Assembly: GCA_035762305.1 (NCBI GenBank)
Contig: DASTPH010000096.1
Coordinates: 984 to 64,983, forward strand
DNA length: 64,000 nt
Source of the DNA: Anaeromyxobacteraceae bacterium
GTDB taxonomy: Bacteria; Myxococcota; Myxococcia; Myxococcales; Anaeromyxobacteraceae
Direction of reading: 5' to 3'
Position numbers and translations under genes: made by a program. This document shows positions 62,901-64,000 of the stretch, one piece after another. Within the stretch, counting starts at the first letter, position 1; every line of letters begins with the position of its first letter. The notes beneath the pieces are model-generated. The model was not told where the DNA came from. It saw only the letters and a program-made list of their open reading frames with translations, and did no database searches.

Positions 62901-64000
62901 CGCGCGGGGTGGGGGAGATCCTGGCGCGCGGCCCCAACGTCATGCTGGGCTACTTCTCCGGCGGCGAGGGAGCCCCGGAGGTGGACCGCAACCTCACCGG
63001 GGCGGTGCTCCGGAACGGCTGGCTCCACACCGGCGACCTGGGGACGCTCGACGCCGACGGCCGGCTCACCATCGTCGGCCGCAAGAAGGACGTCATCATC
63101 GACGCCAGCGGCAAGAACGTCTACCCGGACGAGGTGGAGGAGCTCTACCAGGCCCCCGGCCTGGTGAAGGAGCTGTCGGTGGTCGGGCTCCCCGACGAGG
63201 GCGGCGGCGAGAAGGTGGCCATGCTGGTGGTGCCCGACTGGCAGGGGCGCGAGCGCGCCGAGGTGCGGCGCCTGGTGGAGGAGCACCTGAGCCGGGTCTC
63301 GGCCTCGCTGCCGTTCCACAAGCGGGCCAGGCTGTGGCACCTCTCCGACCAGGACCTCCCCAAGACCGCCACCCGCAAGGTCAAGCGCCAGCTGGTGGTG
63401 CAGGAGCTGGGGCGCCTGGAGGCCGCCGCCCACAAGGGCCGGCAGGCGCGCCAGGCGGCCTCCCAGGGCGGCGACGGTTGGGTGCTCGACCTCCTGGCCC
63501 AGGTGGCGGGGCGTCCGCGCGCCGAGGTGACGCTCCAGACCCACCTCGCCACCGAGCTGGCCTTCGACTCGCTCATGGCCGGCGAGCTCATGGCGGCGCT
63601 GGAGCAGGCCGGCGTGCCACCGGCGCTGGCGGAGCAGGTGACCCGTGTCCAGACCGCCGGCGAGCTGGCGCGGCTCGTGTCCCAGGCGGTGCACCGCGAG
63701 GCTCCCCAGGTCCACCCGCCGGCCGCGGCCGCCGAGCGCCCCGGGACGACGCTGGAGCTCCCCGGCGCCGTGGCGGCCCTGGGCCGCTCGCTCCTCGGCT
63801 TCGCCCAGCGCGTGCTCTACCGGGACGTCTACCGCACCCGGGTGGAGGGCGCGGTCCACGTCCCGCGCGACCGGAACTTCCTGGTGGTGGCGAACCACCA
63901 GAGCCACCTGGACATGGGGCTCGTCAAGGTGGCGCTGGGCGATGCCGGGGAGCGGCTCGCCGCCCTGGCCGCCGCCGACTACTTCTTCGACACCGCGTGG
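59948..64000 (+). CDS. Multidomain lipid-biosynthesis enzyme (ElbD-like), 3' end outside window
   Basis: Domain order: fatty acyl reductase (NAD_binding_4), AMP-dependent acyl ligase, ACP, 1-acyl-G3P acyltransferase. The open frame is not in the track because no stop lies within the window. [12 protein letters not shown] and [11 protein letters not shown] (FAR YxxxK); [19 protein letters not shown] (adenylation); [11 protein letters not shown] (ACP Ser); [10 protein letters not shown] (HX4D acyltransferase). Confidence 0.85.
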   Translation, partial: MSVGRGDDQAGRGQKAPLRAVPPPRPPLDVGAALAGRRLLVTGATGFVGKVALSLLLHRYPQVGRVFVLLRPGTGGSAESRFWDKVAGARPFDPLREQHGARFEAFLREKCLPLAGDVSDPFFGLSERDLSALAGLDLLVNCAGLVDFNPSLELAIQVNTRGAGNAVALCRRLGASLLHVSTCFVAGNRDGVVFEDEPVAGYFPRREGVVGRPKEPALHASAFDPDEELADCERRIAAVRAEAEDRVLGSGFRERAAERLRQEGRDLSDEKALRLAAGREKRLWISQRLVDLGMERARHWGWPNTYTFTKSLGEQLIARSGVRHAIVRPAIVESALRYPFPGWNEGFTTSAPLAFLSLKGHRLYPMHEKAILDVVPVDLVAAGVVAVSAELLDRACRGEPLPGTADDADGGQPGAPAVFHLASGDLNPFWVRRCVELVGLYQRHLYKDRQEGNRFWNAVLSRLEPQSVSRLHFEAMSSPALKSLAREASRLLRERTPRWGAPRLSAMAARLADGLDEVESHLAKSQALFELYLPFVWDNKYVFRCANIRDLQARLDDADRQRIPWDPERIDWRHYWLDVHLKGLEQWVFPGLEEEAKKKVHPIRPHRDLLELLEAAAENHGRRTALRMSGQRKARFSYAEVRRLAGRVAAFLASAGVGKGDRVLLMGENRPEWPIAWFGIVLCGGVVVPVDHQLSAAEMANLTRSAGARVLLLSEAVRERLDDLPAALAAAGLSPALALLAEALEGGPAPAPPRPPLIPDDPASLIFTSGTTGTPKGVMLSHRNFASLVSRLAGVFDLGPGDGLLSVLPLHHTFEFTCGLLVPLSRGAEVEYLDEITADTLGDALEEGRVTAMIGVPALWSLLHRRITQELSARPGVVEAAFGRLRQLNAALRQRYALNLGKLLFWPVHRRLGGRLRILVSGGSALSPEVQQAFHEMGFDLYQGYGLTEAAPVLSVSAPGDRGTRLGNVGRALPGIEIRILDPDARGVGEILARGPNVMLGYFSGGEGAPEVDRNLTGAVLRNGWLHTGDLGTLDADGRLTIVGRKKDVIIDASGKNVYPDEVEELYQAPGLVKELSVVGLPDEGGGEKVAMLVVPDWQGRERAEVRRLVEEHLSRVSASLPFHKRARLWHLSDQDLPKTATRKVKRQLVVQELGRLEAAAHKGRQARQAASQGGDGWVLDLLAQVAGRPRAEVTLQTHLATELAFDSLMAGELMAALEQAGVPPALAEQVTRVQTAGELARLVSQAVHREAPQVHPPAAAAERPGTTLELPGAVAALGRSLLGFAQRVLYRDVYRTRVEGAVHVPRDRNFLVVANHQSHLDMGLVKVALGDAGERLAALAAADYFFDTAW

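Noticed and set aside
60107-63907. 1266-aa ORF on the minus strand
   Set aside because: It is antisense to the FAR-ligase-ACP-acyltransferase gene, whose plus-strand frame carries clear catalytic motifs. The minus-strand translation is Arg/Gly/Pro/Ala-rich with no motifs, a typical high-GC artefact.

Overview
Very GC-rich bacterial chromosomal segment (about 70-75% GC by eye, not computed). MYXO-CTERM-like sorting tags, MopE-like Cys-rich repeats, many multihaem cytochromes and long GC-rich antisense ORF artefacts point to Myxococcota, most like Anaeromyxobacter; this is inference, no search was run. I support about 48 CDS, 2 pseudogenes, 2 tRNAs and several repeat families. Housekeeping genes: end of the complex I operon (nuoM partial, nuoN), gltX, acnB, an AspA/FumC-family lyase, a dGTPase-like HD protein, tRNA-Glu and tRNA-Gln. 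A glpD-like gene sits next to a Rhizobium-type glycerol ABC importer. Most interesting loci: (1) a tightly coupled four-gene minus-strand operon (33768-40315) encoding a membrane flavo/FeS protein with twin H-x13-H helices, a 20-CXXCH cytochrome, a 9-CXXCH cytochrome and a large beta-barrel, a candidate trans-envelope electron conduit with its own cytoplasmic input; (2) a 1800-aa surface protein ORF with an internal MYXO-CTERM-like tag followed directly, with no stop or start codon, by a lipoprotein signal peptide, next to a divergent CPBP intramembrane protease; (3) a PCu(A)C chaperone / secreted propeller-like protein with C-terminal CXXCH / MacB-type ABC cluster; (4) an SDR-HAD-LarA-like cluster ending in a FAR-adenylase-ACP-acyltransferase megaenzyme (ether-lipid ElbD-like, 3' end outside the window); (5) several intergenic repeat families bounded by inverted repeats, plus hexamer-periodic tracts tied to four-helix-bundle genes. 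I saw no CRISPR array, rRNA, transposase, integrase or prophage. All coordinates and motif counts come from manual reading plus the supplied ORF track.
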